Assembly: GCA_038142325.1 (NCBI GenBank)
Contig: JAYQJW010000002.1
Coordinates: 811,328 to 875,327, forward strand
Direction: 5' to 3'
DNA from: Gammaproteobacteria bacterium
Lineage (GTDB): Bacteria > Pseudomonadota > Gammaproteobacteria > GCA-002705445 > GCA-002716945
Length of the DNA stretch: 64,000 nt
Below, one piece after another: positions 63,930-64,000 of this stretch. The notes under the pieces were generated by a model. The model searched no databases. It worked only from the letters and a program-made list of their open reading frames with translations, and was not told where the DNA came from. Position 1 is the first letter of the stretch, and each line of letters opens with the position of its first letter. The position numbers were made by a program, and so were the translations under genes.

Positions 63930-64000
63930 CTATACTTCTGTTCCACCTACTGTTATGTCATCAATTTTAAGTGTTGGTTGACCAACTCCAACTGGAACAC
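63930..64000 (-). CDS. tldD: TldD metalloprotease, 3' end (partial)
   Basis: Manual translation VPVGVGQPTLKIDDITVGGTEV*, the characteristic TldD C-terminus. Confidence 0.9.
   Translation of the reverse strand, partial: VPVGVGQPTLKIDDITVGGTEV

Overview
Gene-dense, very AT-rich (about 30% GC by eye) chromosomal segment of a streamlined, probably marine gammaproteobacterium. The assignment rests on petABC-sspA, degS-hisD-hisG-murA, kdsD-kdsC-lpt-rpoN-PTS and Pseudomonas-type nrdAB. Most of the window is housekeeping genes; no rRNA, tRNA, CRISPR or mobile element was recognised. About 17 genes, several of them essential, carry single-base frameshifts, mostly at homopolymers, which points to uncorrected long-read errors rather than true pseudogenes. 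The most notable observations are: (1) an apparent natural LptC-LptA chimera replacing the separate lptC and lptA genes; (2) an MMPL/RND + MlaC + non-lipidated MlaA module at the site where mlaFEDCB normally sits; (3) an uncalled 42-aa single-pass membrane protein translationally coupled between nrdA and nrdB; (4) an alphaproteobacterial-type phoR-pstSCAB-phoU-phoB block with Pho boxes, ending in a basic outer-membrane protein with only about 6 beta-strands (possible oligomeric phosphate pore); (5) a serine-cycle-type mcl-mtkAB operon; (6) a compact class-II cobalamin riboswitch controlling btuB plus a small membrane transporter; (7) a candidate attenuator in front of carA. All family assignments come from motif recognition by eye; no database searches were run.
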